From Methanobacteriota archaeon (GTDB lineage Archaea > Thermoplasmatota > Thermoplasmata > SG8-5 > DAIRED01), in the NCBI GenBank assembly GCA_043799545.1, contig JAZDNO010000026.1, positions 32,001-96,000 on the forward strand: a stretch of 64,000 bases of DNA, given 5' to 3'. Shown one piece after another: positions 44,359 through 55,119 of this stretch; positions within the stretch are counted from its first letter, which is position 1, and each line of letters opens with the position of its first letter. Under the pieces are notes generated by a model. That model made no database searches. It was not told the DNA's origin and worked only from the letters and a program-made list of their open reading frames with translations. A program made the translations under genes and the position numbers.

Positions 44359-45120
44359 TCACTCCTTCAGCCGCACGTACACGCCCGCCCCGCTTCCCCG
44401 GAACTCGAAGAAGCTCTCCTGGTCCTTGAACAGGGGGAGCATCTGCCTGTACCCGTAGTCGCGCGGGTCGAAGCTGGGGTCTATCTTGCTCAGGCTCTCC
44501 CGAATCTGCGATAGGTGCGCCCAGCCGTCGTCCAGCACCGCCATGTTGTAGGCTTTAATCAGGAGCTTGATGAGCTTGGCGTTCTTCGCCTTCGAGGGCT
44601 CGACGATGACCTTCGCAATCTTCTTCTCCACGGGAGTCTCGGGTCCGTCCCCGCGCATCAGGTTCTCGGTGTACACGAATATCTCGCAGCTCTTCACGAA
44701 GGCGTCGGGCGTCTTGCGCTCGCCTATCCCCATCACGAAGATTCCGTGTTCGCGGATGCGCGTTGCCAGGCGCGTGTAGTCCGAATCGGAAGATATTATC
44801 GCGAAGCCGTCCACCAGCTTCGAGTGCAGGAGGTCCATCGCGTCTATTATGAGCGCCGAATCCGTGGCGTTCTTCCCCACGGTGTTGCGGAACTGCTGAA
44901 TCGGCTGGATGGCGTGCTCGTGGAGGTACCGCTTCCAAGAAGTCATCGACTGCTGGGTCCAGTCGCCGTAGATGCGCTTTATCGTGAGCGTGCCGTGGCG
45001 GCTCGTCTCCTGGATTATCTTCTCGATGAGCTTGGGCTGGGCGTTGTCGCCGTCGACCAGCATGGCAATCTTGCGCTGCGGCCTCATGGCTTCGGAGGTT
45101 TTCTCGACCATATGAAACAC
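44359..45120 (-). CDS. NYN domain protein with OST-HTH/LOTUS domain
   Basis: LVDGDN, GKNATDSALIIDAMD, SSDSDY; C-terminal FDPRDYG. Confidence 0.93.
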   Translation of the reverse strand: MFHMVEKTSEAMRPQRKIAMLVDGDNAQPKLIEKIIQETSRHGTLTIKRIYGDWTQQSMTSWKRYLHEHAIQPIQQFRNTVGKNATDSALIIDAMDLLHSKLVDGFAIISSDSDYTRLATRIREHGIFVMGIGERKTPDAFVKSCEIFVYTENLMRGDGPETPVEKKIAKVIVEPSKAKNAKLIKLLIKAYNMAVLDDGWAHLSQIRESLSKIDPSFDPRDYGYRQMLPLFKDQESFFEFRGSGAGVYVRLKE

Positions 45121-45178
45121 TTCTCGTCAAACGATAGCGGATATTGATAGAAAAGGCTGCCGGAGCCTCGGAGCTGGG

Positions 45179-45784
45179 CTACCGCGTACTCCCCCCCCTG
45201 CGCTGGGTTCGCAACAATTTGTAGGCACCCCCGACCTCCAGGATGATGTATTTGTACCGCTCCGAGGATGCCTCCCGGCCTATGCCGAGCCGCTCAGCAT
45301 AAATATCATAATTGTGCGGCGCGTACATTTTCGCCATCGTCCGGTACGCCTTGCGCGCGGAGTCCACCGAGGTCTTCCACGGTATCGAGATGCCCAGGGA
45401 GGCAGCTTCTTGACGGATGAGCGAGTATGCGGCACGGGGCGTCAGTTCCTTGCGCTTGGCCAGTTCCAGCGTCCCGCGCAGCCCGTCGATGTCGCTTCCG
45501 ATTTTATAATGGTCGATTTCCAGGTCGTTCAGCCAATTGTAGGCTCCTTCCAGTTGAGCCAGCCTTATATTCCCTTCGAGATAGCTCCTGCTGCCGCGCT
45601 TTATCTCGTCGATGCGGAACCACGGCGGCGAGGCCTGGGTTTTGGCCTTCTCTATGTCTTTCTCCACGAGCTTTATCTCCTTCTTCAGGACTGCTAGCTC
45701 CTCCTTGACTGCCCGTATCCTGGCCTCCCTGATTTTTCCGAGGCCTTCCTTGCCGACGAGGATTATCTCCGTTCCCTTCGCCAC
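45179..45784 (-). CDS. Coiled-coil protein with degenerate J-domain-like C-terminus
   Basis: RKAYRTMAKMYAPH...ERYKYI...AYKLL resembles J-domain helices II-III but has no HPD. Confidence 0.55.
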   Translation of the reverse strand: MAKGTEIILVGKEGLGKIREARIRAVKEELAVLKKEIKLVEKDIEKAKTQASPPWFRIDEIKRGSRSYLEGNIRLAQLEGAYNWLNDLEIDHYKIGSDIDGLRGTLELAKRKELTPRAAYSLIRQEAASLGISIPWKTSVDSARKAYRTMAKMYAPHNYDIYAERLGIGREASSERYKYIILEVGGAYKLLRTQRRGGSTR

Positions 45785-45847
45785 GATTCTCCCTTCGGGT
45801 AATTGTCTTGGAGATTATAAAATGATTATCGCGGGAGAAGATGCCGC

Positions 45848-46372
45848 TCAGATATCCAGTATCATGTGTATGTCTTCCGGCTCCTTGGCGAAGAGCCCTG
45901 GATCGGGCTTCTCCGCCAGGCGCGCCCCCTTCGAGAGATAGAAGCCTACGGCGGACTCGGACGGCGTCGCGGAGATGTAGAGGCGCTTCCGGCTGCGCAT
46001 CCTGGCCTGCCTCACGCACTCTGCCACGAGCGCGGAAGCCACGCCCTTGCGCCTCTGGGCTCTCGACACATGTAGAAAAACCAGCTGCGCGGTCTTGGGG
46101 TCGCCCCCGACGGGCCTGTTTCCCAGAACGGCCAGGCCGAGAAATTCTTCGCCCTCGAACGCGCCCAGAAGCACTCCGCCATGGGAGAGCTCGTACTCCT
46201 GCCAGGCGATGTGGGAGGCGCACTGCGCCTCGGTCCACTGTTGGACATCGATGCGCTTGCTTTCCTTCACCAGCCGCCCACCTACGCTCCGGTGCAGCGC
46301 GCGGACATCCTCCGTCCTGTCGATGTCGCGGATGCGAGCCAGCTCGTCCCGCCCCATGACGCGGACGTTCAT
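45848..46372 (-). CDS. GNAT family N-acetyltransferase
   Basis: LHVSRAQRRKGVASAL acetyl-CoA motif and AVGFYL; ATG overlaps the stop of the DHH gene. Confidence 0.9.
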   Translation of the reverse strand: MNVRVMGRDELARIRDIDRTEDVRALHRSVGGRLVKESKRIDVQQWTEAQCASHIAWQEYELSHGGVLLGAFEGEEFLGLAVLGNRPVGGDPKTAQLVFLHVSRAQRRKGVASALVAECVRQARMRSRKRLYISATPSESAVGFYLSKGARLAEKPDPGLFAKEPEDIHMILDI

Positions 46373-47730
46373 TCTGCAGGCCCCATCTGTTTCAACACGA
46401 GCTCGTCGGCGAGCGCGAGGAACTCGTCCTCCTTGCCAGACGGCACGTTCGCGCCAGAAGCCACGTTGTGACCCCCTCCGCGGCCGCCTAGATTCTCTGC
46501 GAGCGCGCAGACCTTCCCCAGGTGCAGGCCGCGCGCCACCATCGCCCTGTTGCCCCTGGCAGATATCGAGGTTTCGCCGCCGTCCGGGCTGATTGCGAAA
46601 ACCGGTTTGTCCTTTCGGAGTATGAACTGGATTCCGAGCCCCGCCTCGCTTCCCGCGAACGTCGCCCCCTCGGTGCGGAAGTACTGGATTGCCTTCAGCT
46701 CCTTCGCCCCCTCGCGCTCCAGCCTCACCAGCCCGTCCTTGAGCCGCGAGCGGTACGCCTTGCGGAGGATTTTCGCCTTTTCCAAGGACGCCAGGTCGCC
46801 CAGGCACGCCCCCAGGCCGACTTCAGGCTCGTCCATCCGCCCGGAGGCGTTCACGAGCGCGGAAAGCTCCGCTGCGTCCATCCCCAGCTTGGGGCAGGCG
46901 AACCGCGGGGCCGTGAACTCGGCGACGCTCTCGGGATGGACGTTCGATTCAAGCAGCCGCAGGGTGAGGAGCGAGGCCAGCAGCCTCATGCTCTCCCCCT
47001 CCAAATCCTTTGGCGCGCCGTCGTCCAACCCTGACTCGGAAAGGAACTTCGACGCGGCAGCCGGATTCCCTGTCAGTCCCAGAAAGTACGGGTTTATGGA
47101 ATCGGCTATTCCCTTGGAAATCGTCGCGCCGCGCAGGGATATGCCTTTTTCCTGGACCACGCTTCCGCCCTCGATGGAGTGAGCGACCAGCGCGGCGTTG
47201 ACCCCCTTGAAACCGCCGAGCGACTGCTTGTCGCCGATTATACCGGCGAGCGCGTAGGGGAAGAGGTCTGCGTTGCAAATGTCAAGCTCATAGGCGAACG
47301 CATATGCCAGGCTCGCCGCGCAGAGCTCCGTCGCGCCGTCGACGCCGAAGAAATGGGGGTTCACCTGGACTACCCGCTCGGACTCGCGCTTCGGAGCGTG
47401 ATGGTCCAGTACGATGACGTTGCCAGGGAGCCTTTCCACGAGGTCTATCTGCGCGCTGCCAGCGTCCGAGATGATTGTCAGCGCGTTTCCTTCTGCCGAG
47501 AGAGCCTCGAAGAACGGGGCGTCGAACTTCCTCGCCAGCGTGGCGTGGAACTGCGCCCCCCGCCTGTGCAAGGCCCTGCAGAGCACGCCAGCGGCCGAGA
47601 TGCCGTCGGCATCGTAATGCGAAACCACGCGCACGAAGGGGGCGCCCCCCCGCACGAGTTCTGCAGCGGTCTTGACCCGCTTTGCCATCTCGGGCGGGAG
47701 CCCATGCATCGTGGCGCTCTTAACGGACAT
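46369..47730 (-). CDS. DHH/DHHA1 phosphoesterase (archaeal RecJ-like)
   Basis: HYDADG, SDAGS, LDHH, GGGHNVASG; conserved position downstream of rps15. Confidence 0.92.
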   Translation of the reverse strand: MSVKSATMHGLPPEMAKRVKTAAELVRGGAPFVRVVSHYDADGISAAGVLCRALHRRGAQFHATLARKFDAPFFEALSAEGNALTIISDAGSAQIDLVERLPGNVIVLDHHAPKRESERVVQVNPHFFGVDGATELCAASLAYAFAYELDICNADLFPYALAGIIGDKQSLGGFKGVNAALVAHSIEGGSVVQEKGISLRGATISKGIADSINPYFLGLTGNPAAASKFLSESGLDDGAPKDLEGESMRLLASLLTLRLLESNVHPESVAEFTAPRFACPKLGMDAAELSALVNASGRMDEPEVGLGACLGDLASLEKAKILRKAYRSRLKDGLVRLEREGAKELKAIQYFRTEGATFAGSEAGLGIQFILRKDKPVFAISPDGGETSISARGNRAMVARGLHLGKVCALAENLGGRGGGHNVASGANVPSGKEDEFLALADELVLKQMGPAE

Positions 47731-47734
47731 GGCC

Positions 47735-48193
47735 TCAGCGGCTCAGCTGAATCTCCGCGGTGGCCAGGGAATAAGTCCAGCCCTCGGGCAGCACTTCGTT
47801 CCGCCTGTAATAAGTGACGAGGCGCCTGATTCTGGCCTCTATGAGATGCAGGCCGCGCTTGTTGTGCGTGTCCTTTGGATTCTCCACTATGTGAACGTTC
47901 AGCTCGACGGCGCGCCGCATCAGCGCCGCCAAGTCTTCCGGCAGGCTCGGCTTCACGCCCCTGGCTGTCAAAATCTGGGTGACGGACTTGCCCGTGGCCA
48001 GCATAACGTCGGGGACTCCGAACTGGTCCCTGAGCTTTAGGCCAATCATGGGCGCGGCCATCCCCTCGTTCGCCAACTGGACTATTTTTTCCTCTATCTC
48101 CGCAGCGTCGAGCGGCACCCACTCTGGGTTCTCGCTTATGTTCGGGCGCTTCGAGCTCGACCGGCCCTTTCTCTTCGAATGCATTCTAGACAT
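47735..48193 (-). CDS. rps15: 30S ribosomal protein S15 (uS15, archaeal S15P/S13e)
   Basis: MSRMHSKRKGRSSS..., LPEDL..L, RGLHLIEARIRRLVTYY. ATG 48193 fits the GGAGG SD spacing. Confidence 0.97.
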   Translation of the reverse strand: MSRMHSKRKGRSSSKRPNISENPEWVPLDAAEIEEKIVQLANEGMAAPMIGLKLRDQFGVPDVMLATGKSVTQILTARGVKPSLPEDLAALMRRAVELNVHIVENPKDTHNKRGLHLIEARIRRLVTYYRRNEVLPEGWTYSLATAEIQLSR

Positions 48194-48256
48194 GTTCATA
48201 CCTCCAGTGGCGAAGGTGAAATTCCCGATACAGTTACTCCTATATAATATTGCATG

Positions 48257-51200
48257 TCACCAGTCGACGGTCCAAACTGCATCCGCAGGCACGTAGACCC
48301 AATACGCGGTGCAGCGCTTGAGGATCAATCCGTACGCCAGCGTCGTCACCAGGTATTCAGCAGCCGGGTCGAACCCCTCCAAAATCGTCGCCCCGGTATC
48401 CGTCCTGAATTCCACAGTGGAGTAGAAGCTGTCGTTCGCTGATGGATAACCCACGAGGTTCCAGCCGGCACGGAGCTCTATCGTCGTCGAGCCGGGAGGC
48501 AGCCCACACACTCTGAGAGTGCACGCGTCGGAAACCCTCAGCCAGAATCCAACCCGGTGGTCCAGCTTCGTCAGGTCGTTCATCGATGCCGACCATCCAG
48601 TGAAATACTGCTTCCAGCGGTTCCAGGGATTGCCCGGGTCCCAGGCCATCACATGGTCCCATTTCCCCTTGATTGACGACAACGCGGACTCCACGGACTC
48701 GTTGAGCTGGACCAAGGGCAACGAGACGAGGTTCCAGCCCTTGTCTAGGGGTATGTCGACGAAGGTGACTGCTGTGAAGCTCCAGGAGCGGTCCATGAGG
48801 TTTCCGGCCGGGTCGCGGGCGACTATGCGGCAGCGCACGACGTCGCCTACGGAGAAACCCGCCGCGTGCCAGTAGCTGACGTTGTATCCTCCGGAGACAG
48901 GGGCGAGATCGTAGAAGACTGCGTAACCCTGGACGTAGAGCCTAATGCTAGATTGCACAACTCCCGAGACGTCTGTGACTTGGACGGATATCACCGGGCT
49001 CAAATCGGTGTAGCCCTCCCCGGGGGCGGGCCACTCGCGCGATGCCGAAGGCGGATATATATCCGACTCGGTGATGAAATTCCATCCGTACGCGCCCATT
49101 GAGTTCCCGGCGACGTCCTCGATGCCGGCCTCGATGTGCGCCGCGTATGCCCTGGATGGCAGCAGCTGCTCCCCGGGGACGAAAACCATCGTCGCGCCGT
49201 CCGCCCAGTAGAACTCTCCAGAAACCGGGGGATCGAACCACAGCGCCATCTCCGCGCCCACCTTGCGGACTGGCTCGTTGAAACGCACCGTTATGTTGGA
49301 GAAAACCCCCACTCTGGCCTCGCCATCGAATGGGTCGGTCCAGAGAATCACGGGCGCGCTCAAGTCCGCTGTGAAGTTCCAGTAGAAATCCGCGAAATTC
49401 CCATACATGTCGGTCGCCGCGATGCGGCACCTGATTACCTGGCCATCATTGGCTCCGACCTCGTAGAAGTAGGACACGTTGTAGCCGTCGGTCACCGCGC
49501 TGAGGTTGTAGTACACCCTGTACCCGTCGACGTACAGCTTGATGGAGCTTGCATCGATTCCATACGGGTCTATCGCGAGGATTGAAATCGTTGGGTATGG
49601 CGCGTTGACGAAGCTGTCCGGCGCGGGACTGGCCTCCAAAAAGGTCGGGGGAGTGCGGTCCGTGGAGAAGATTTCCAGGTGGCTCTCCGCCATGGGGACC
49701 AGCCTCGGGTTCAGGTCGAATTTCGCCCCGAGGTAATCGACACGGGCCAGCGTTTCGTTCTCCCACGCGCCCGTGGAGTTGTGCATGCGGTCCGTGACCC
49801 GGCTCCAGTCCAGGCGGCCGTCCTCGGATGTGAGCGAGTCCAGGGCGAGGGTCCCGGAGTCGTAGGCGCGGACGCGCGCGCCTGCCAGCGGGCTGCCTTC
49901 CTTGTCCTCTGCCAGAACGTGGAGGAAGTTCCTCACCGTGACGTTCGACCGCGCGTCCGAGAACGCAAAATCGCCGTCGAAGGTGCAGTTGAGAAGCTCC
50001 GGATTTGAGCCGCCAGCGGCATTGATCTCTGTGCCGGGAAGAGCCAGCGTAGCGTTGACCAAACGGAAGTCCGAGTCCCAGCAATAGACGCCGGCGGCTC
50101 CGTCGCCCGTGAAAGTCGTCCTCTCCGCCAGACCTGGCACCTCGTAGGTGAGTTCCAGCCCCGAAAGCCTCACGCGCCCCGTGGAGGAGCTTCCGATGCG
50201 GATGGGCACGGTCGTCTCTGCGTCACTTTCCGAGTTCCGCACAAATCCGGCGAACGCCTTGGCCAGGACTGTGCCGTTCATTCGGACTGTGGATGTGAAC
50301 TCTCCCGCGCGGGCCCACTCGGCAGAACCGTCGTCCCCGATGTCTACCCATGGATTCGTCGGGAAACCGGCGTAGCGCTGGTCGTAGACCCAAATGTCGC
50401 CGCCTCCGCTCTTGTTGACCCACGCCACGCGGGGGCCGTTGGCGACGGGCCACGAGTCGCCTCCCGTCTCCCTTTCCAGCGTCTCCGTCGTGCCGGTCGT
50501 GATGTTGTGCATCATCACGCTCCATCCCTCTATCGTGGCTGGCAAGGAGTCGTCGAGGGTCCTGTCGTGCCAGTACCAGACAACCTTGTCGCCGCTCAGG
50601 TCCGGGGCGAAGCTCGCCTGCCCGTCGAATGTGAGCCGGCGCTCCTCCTCGGTCGAGAGGTTGTACAGATATATATCCCACTCTTTCCAGCCATCCAGGT
50701 TGGTGTCCCCCTTTCGGTCGTCCTGGTACGCGAGCCAGTCTCCCCAGAGTGTCGGCAGGCACTGCTGCGACGGCAGCGCCTGGACAAGCTTGTCCTCGCC
50801 TGTCGTTAGGTTGTACAAATGGATGTCCGCCAATTCATAGTATGGGTTCCCCTCGTAATCGTGCCAGACGACCTCGTCCCCGTGTATGTCCGGGTTGATG
50901 TTGTAGCGCGAGTTGTTAGAGAGCTGTTCCGCCCCCCCGGATAAATTTCCTGCGAATATCTTCTGTTTGCCGTCGATTGCGGACCAAGCCAGGCGGTCCC
51001 CCCAAATGGACGGCTGCAAGTCCATCGACGCGCCTGGAACGGCAGGCCAGGTCGTTCCGTTCGAGAGGTCGTGCGCCATGATGTCGTACCCGGCCGCAGC
51101 GTCCCACCTCGTCCAGACGATCGTAGTCCCCCATATGGCTGGGTCGTAGTCAAGCGTTGCGCCGTCCGTTATCACGGTTACCGCGGGGTCGGGGTCCAGG

Positions 51201-54200
51201 TGCGGGTATTCCATGTAGTTGAAGATGCCGTCGCCGTCCGTGTCCGCGGTCAGGTTGTACGCGCGAATAGCCCACACGCCGCCCCTCTTGTCCGCGTAGG
51301 CGACCGTGTCGCCCCAGACGGCCGGGCTGAACTGGAGGGCGCTGTCGGACGTCATCGCCGACTTCTTCAGGTCGACTCCCGTGACTGCCATCGAGGCGCC
51401 GAGAATCCGCGCCCTCTCGGGAAGCGTGACCGAATTCTTCGCGCGCGACCCTCCGCCTATGAAGGACTCCATTGCATCCTCCAGCCCGTTCGAGAACGAC
51501 TTGACGGAGCGCACGTACATGCCGTTGGAATAGATGCCGTACTGGTTCCCGTCGAAAGAGCCCCCCGTGAGATGCGGGGCCGAGTTGTACGAATACAGGC
51601 CGTAGTAGTTCGAAACCGCCGTCAGGTTCTGAATCATCGGGGCCGAGTCGTCGAGGCGCACGCCGACCTGGTTTCCGCGCGCCTCCACCCCCCGCACAAC
51701 GGCGCCGCAGTTGGCCAGATACAGACCGCTCCCGGTGTTTCCTGTGAAAAGCGATTCGGCCACTGCGACATCCGACTCCTTGATCCAGCAGCCATCCGAG
51801 TTCCCGCTGATGTCCGCCCCGGTGATGTTGCCGCGCGAGCCGTCGTTGATGGACAACCCATAGAGGTTCGCGCGCGCCTTCGCCCCGGAAATCTCCAGCG
51901 CGCAATTCGACGCCAGCGTGCCGGAATCCGCGCAGTTGTCCGCGCTTGCGTTTTCCATTGTGATGCGGGAGTCGTAGGCTTCGATTCCGTCGCGGCAATA
52001 GGAGATGTTGGAGTTCGCCAGCGTCACCTCACCCGAGACTGAATAGATTCCCGCGGAGAACGATTCGTGGACGTCGGTGCGGCTGATGTCGGCCCTGCCG
52101 TAGACGTTGACGGGAACCCACGCGAGCTCAGAACCGCTCACGGTGAGGTTCGCCCCCGGCGAGACTGTCACAGGGACCGACAGCGGCCTGCCAGGAGATC
52201 TTGACTGCGTCGGGGCTGCGCGGCATCCTTCGAGTGTTATGTCCCCCATGTACGCCCAAAGGCCGTACGAAACCTGAGGCGTGCTCCAGAGAAGCAGGTC
52301 GCACGATTCGATGTCCAGGTTTCCTCCCTCCATGACCTTCACGTCGCCCTTCACCACGATTGTCTCGTTGGCGTGCCGCTCGTCGCCCCAGACCTCCCTG
52401 TCGGCGCCCCACACCAGGCAGTTGTCCGAATCTGGAAGTTCAAGGGCATAATTAAATCCCTGAGATAGAGCGAGGTCAACAGAAGCGAGCCTCGATGCGT
52501 TTGCCTCCGCTAAAATGGCGGTCACTTTAACCGGTTGAGGGCTCTCATAGCCTGTGGCCGTAACCCTGTGGTCGCAATACGCCATCCACCCAGTCGAGCC
52601 GTTCGTTCCCGAGGTGGCGCTGTAGAAGCCCGCGCCAAGCGAGACGAGCGCGCCAGCTGCCGGCAAACCAGATTCTGTCACATTGAACCGCGCGAACCCG
52701 CCTACGTTGACGTACGAAGATTCTGGCACGAGCAGCTTCTCCTCGGAAAAGACGCAGTTCAGCAAGGCGGGCCTCGAACCCCGAGCCGGAACGGCGTCCC
52801 ACGTGTTGGACAGGGTCGAATTCGCGAGCACCGGCGCGGCGGAGCTGGACGATAGGCCGATGGCGTTGCCTACCAGTTCGCATCCCTCGGCCCATAAATT
52901 CGCGCTCCCGTCGGCGATTCCGACGTTGTTTCCCACAATCGTGCAAGCCTCGAGGCGGACCTTTCCGCCCTGGAAATCCATGCCTATGCCGTCGCACCCC
53001 CCCGTTCTGGTTCCGAGCAATGCGACGTCGCAGGACGACGACGCCAAGCCGTTGTCGCAATCGGCGAACAAGGAATGCTCGTCCAGGTAGCTCGAATCCG
53101 ATGCGAAAACTCCGTAGCTGGCATTTCGCACGGTCAGGTTGTAGGTCTCGACCACCGAGCCATATGCGGAAAATCCGTTGCCTGCGAGGTTGTCAAATCG
53201 GCAATCCGCGAGGGTCAGCTCCGTCCCGTAGGCTGCGACGCCGGACTTGGACAGGAATACCGAGAACGCCCCGGGCGAGCACGACGCGCCTTCGAAGGTC
53301 AGGGCGTCGGCCTTGGCGTGCAGGAACGAAGTTCCAGCGGCGTCGAAATCGCCAGTCTTCACAGAAGCCCCGTTCGAGCTGACGATGCTTGAATTCCGGA
53401 TGCTGGCTGAGGAGCCTGACGCGAAGAGAAGCGCGTATCCGGCGCTCTGCAGCGGGCGCGGGCTCCAGACGCTTAGGATGCGGCATCCTTCGGCGCGCAC
53501 GCTCCCTCCAGCGTAAGTGTGGAGTCCGGCGTTTGCCTCCTCGGACGCGTCGAAGAGAAGGGTCACGTTGTCGAGGGAAAGGTTTCCGAACTCGGAGACG
53601 TCCAGTTCGCGCGAGAGGATGTACGTGGCGTTTGCCAGCGCAACGGAATCTGTGATGTTGATTGCTTGGTTGAAGTACTCGATTTCCAGCGACACTGAGG
53701 TCGCGACGACGGCCGAACCGTTTAGCGGCGACGAGCCTGCTTCCGTCCAGCCGCCGTAATCGACGTATGCGTATGCGGTTCCGCCCGAACGGTTCGAAAC
53801 GCCCCCGGATGTGACTAGCTGGATTCTCTCGATTGCGACGGCCGTCCCATCCTCGGAGGCGCGACCGGACCACGACGCGAGCCCTTCGGAATCTATCAGG
53901 GACACCTTCGCGCCATCGGCTGGATAACCCGATTCGTTGAAAACCGACACTGGTGAATACCGTCCTACGGAGATGTGCTGTCCGTTGCCCACGATCGTCC
54001 TCGATGACGAGAAAGTGGTGTTGACCAGCCCCGGAAATGAATTCCAGTCCGCCTGCACGTCGACTCCCCCAACAATCGACGAATCGTATATCAAGGGGGA
54101 AGCTTCCCAGCAGTAAACGGCTGTGCCAGCGATTCCTGAGATTTGAAGCCCTCCGATTTCCGGGTTGGAGTATGAGAGATATATCCCCCCGTAACCCCCG

Positions 54201-54904
54201 AGGATGCTCATCCCCGAAATCTGGAGGTTCGCAAACTGCGCCCTCACGGCCCAGTTGCTGGAGGAAACGACTGTGCAATTGCGTATCTGAGCCGACGATT
54301 GATGGGCGTCGATGCCGTACTGCGCGGATTGGAACGTGCAGCTCTCGACTGTCGGCGACGACGAGGCGATGCTCAACCCGGCAAAACAGCTAGAGAAAGT
54401 GGTGTTCAGCATCAAAGCGGTGCTGGTTTGAATTGCGAAACCCATGGCTGATTTCGCGGCCCCGCAGAGCGATACCTTGCTGTTCGTGACGTTCGCCACG
54501 GAGCCGGCCCTCGCGTAGAAAGAGTACCTGTGGAGGCCGTCGTGCGAGGTCAGCCCGCCGGAGTCGTTCGCCGTCGCCGGGTCACCGTCGAGGTCGCCCA
54601 TCATGAATTTTCCTCCAGATTTCACCTCCCCCGCGAACTCCAGGTCCTTTCTGCAGTCGAACCTCAGGGTCGAGTTGCGCAGGTCCAGCGTTGCCCCGCC
54701 GGCAACCGATAGATTACCCCTCAGGATAATCGTTTTGTTCGTGTAATTCTGGTATCCGTAAACAATCCAATCCTCGTAGATATATATTGTGCCGGGTCCG
54801 GGAGCGGCTGGTGTCGGAGGTGTCGGCGCCAACGCGGTCCCCGCTTGGAAAGTACCTGGAACGAAGAAAAGGGCGGCCAGCAAAATGACGAGAAGCTTCC
54901 TCAT
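48257..54904 (-). CDS. Giant secreted surface protein: parallel beta-helix, beta-propeller, Ig-like domains and GWNLVS-type C-terminal domain
   Basis: Signal peptide; many beta-helix repeats (GI..); Methanosarcina-type propeller repeats (PAIWG..VW, DIYLYNLST); SbsA-like Ig (ITVRFNEPV); duplicated GWNLVSLP / GWNLVGYP. Confidence 0.88.
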   Translation of the reverse strand: MRKLLVILLAALFFVPGTFQAGTALAPTPPTPAAPGPGTIYIYEDWIVYGYQNYTNKTIILRGNLSVAGGATLDLRNSTLRFDCRKDLEFAGEVKSGGKFMMGDLDGDPATANDSGGLTSHDGLHRYSFYARAGSVANVTNSKVSLCGAAKSAMGFAIQTSTALMLNTTFSSCFAGLSIASSSPTVESCTFQSAQYGIDAHQSSAQIRNCTVVSSSNWAVRAQFANLQISGMSILGGYGGIYLSYSNPEIGGLQISGIAGTAVYCWEASPLIYDSSIVGGVDVQADWNSFPGLVNTTFSSSRTIVGNGQHISVGRYSPVSVFNESGYPADGAKVSLIDSEGLASWSGRASEDGTAVAIERIQLVTSGGVSNRSGGTAYAYVDYGGWTEAGSSPLNGSAVVATSVSLEIEYFNQAINITDSVALANATYILSRELDVSEFGNLSLDNVTLLFDASEEANAGLHTYAGGSVRAEGCRILSVWSPRPLQSAGYALLFASGSSASIRNSSIVSSNGASVKTGDFDAAGTSFLHAKADALTFEGASCSPGAFSVFLSKSGVAAYGTELTLADCRFDNLAGNGFSAYGSVVETYNLTVRNASYGVFASDSSYLDEHSLFADCDNGLASSSCDVALLGTRTGGCDGIGMDFQGGKVRLEACTIVGNNVGIADGSANLWAEGCELVGNAIGLSSSSAAPVLANSTLSNTWDAVPARGSRPALLNCVFSEEKLLVPESSYVNVGGFARFNVTESGLPAAGALVSLGAGFYSATSGTNGSTGWMAYCDHRVTATGYESPQPVKVTAILAEANASRLASVDLALSQGFNYALELPDSDNCLVWGADREVWGDERHANETIVVKGDVKVMEGGNLDIESCDLLLWSTPQVSYGLWAYMGDITLEGCRAAPTQSRSPGRPLSVPVTVSPGANLTVSGSELAWVPVNVYGRADISRTDVHESFSAGIYSVSGEVTLANSNISYCRDGIEAYDSRITMENASADNCADSGTLASNCALEISGAKARANLYGLSINDGSRGNITGADISGNSDGCWIKESDVAVAESLFTGNTGSGLYLANCGAVVRGVEARGNQVGVRLDDSAPMIQNLTAVSNYYGLYSYNSAPHLTGGSFDGNQYGIYSNGMYVRSVKSFSNGLEDAMESFIGGGSRAKNSVTLPERARILGASMAVTGVDLKKSAMTSDSALQFSPAVWGDTVAYADKRGGVWAIRAYNLTADTDGDGIFNYMEYPHLDPDPAVTVITDGATLDYDPAIWGTTIVWTRWDAAAGYDIMAHDLSNGTTWPAVPGASMDLQPSIWGDRLAWSAIDGKQKIFAGNLSGGAEQLSNNSRYNINPDIHGDEVVWHDYEGNPYYELADIHLYNLTTGEDKLVQALPSQQCLPTLWGDWLAYQDDRKGDTNLDGWKEWDIYLYNLSTEEERRLTFDGQASFAPDLSGDKVVWYWHDRTLDDSLPATIEGWSVMMHNITTGTTETLERETGGDSWPVANGPRVAWVNKSGGGDIWVYDQRYAGFPTNPWVDIGDDGSAEWARAGEFTSTVRMNGTVLAKAFAGFVRNSESDAETTVPIRIGSSSTGRVRLSGLELTYEVPGLAERTTFTGDGAAGVYCWDSDFRLVNATLALPGTEINAAGGSNPELLNCTFDGDFAFSDARSNVTVRNFLHVLAEDKEGSPLAGARVRAYDSGTLALDSLTSEDGRLDWSRVTDRMHNSTGAWENETLARVDYLGAKFDLNPRLVPMAESHLEIFSTDRTPPTFLEASPAPDSFVNAPYPTISILAIDPYGIDASSIKLYVDGYRVYYNLSAVTDGYNVSYFYEVGANDGQVIRCRIAATDMYGNFADFYWNFTADLSAPVILWTDPFDGEARVGVFSNITVRFNEPVRKVGAEMALWFDPPVSGEFYWADGATMVFVPGEQLLPSRAYAAHIEAGIEDVAGNSMGAYGWNFITESDIYPPSASREWPAPGEGYTDLSPVISVQVTDVSGVVQSSIRLYVQGYAVFYDLAPVSGGYNVSYWHAAGFSVGDVVRCRIVARDPAGNLMDRSWSFTAVTFVDIPLDKGWNLVSLPLVQLNESVESALSSIKGKWDHVMAWDPGNPWNRWKQYFTGWSASMNDLTKLDHRVGFWLRVSDACTLRVCGLPPGSTTIELRAGWNLVGYPSANDSFYSTVEFRTDTGATILEGFDPAAEYLVTTLAYGLILKRCTAYWVYVPADAVWTVDW

Positions 54905-55119
54905 GACGGTGTCAAATATCCCTCCCCAGTTACTTAAAACTTTGTGCGAAAACGGTTTTATGGCTATGAAAAGCGCCGTGGCTGCGGCGACGCGGCTCCG
55001 CCGCGCCCGTCGGTTCCGCCCGGTTCCATCTGTCTCGGGGCTGACCGCGGGCGCGCCTCAGCCTCCCGGCTGGGGCGCGCCTCGAGCGCGGCGTGTCGCG
55101 TCGAAAGAGGACGATGCGC

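Noticed and set aside
48200-48240. S15 autoregulatory leader
   Set aside because: No convincing stem could be drawn by eye.
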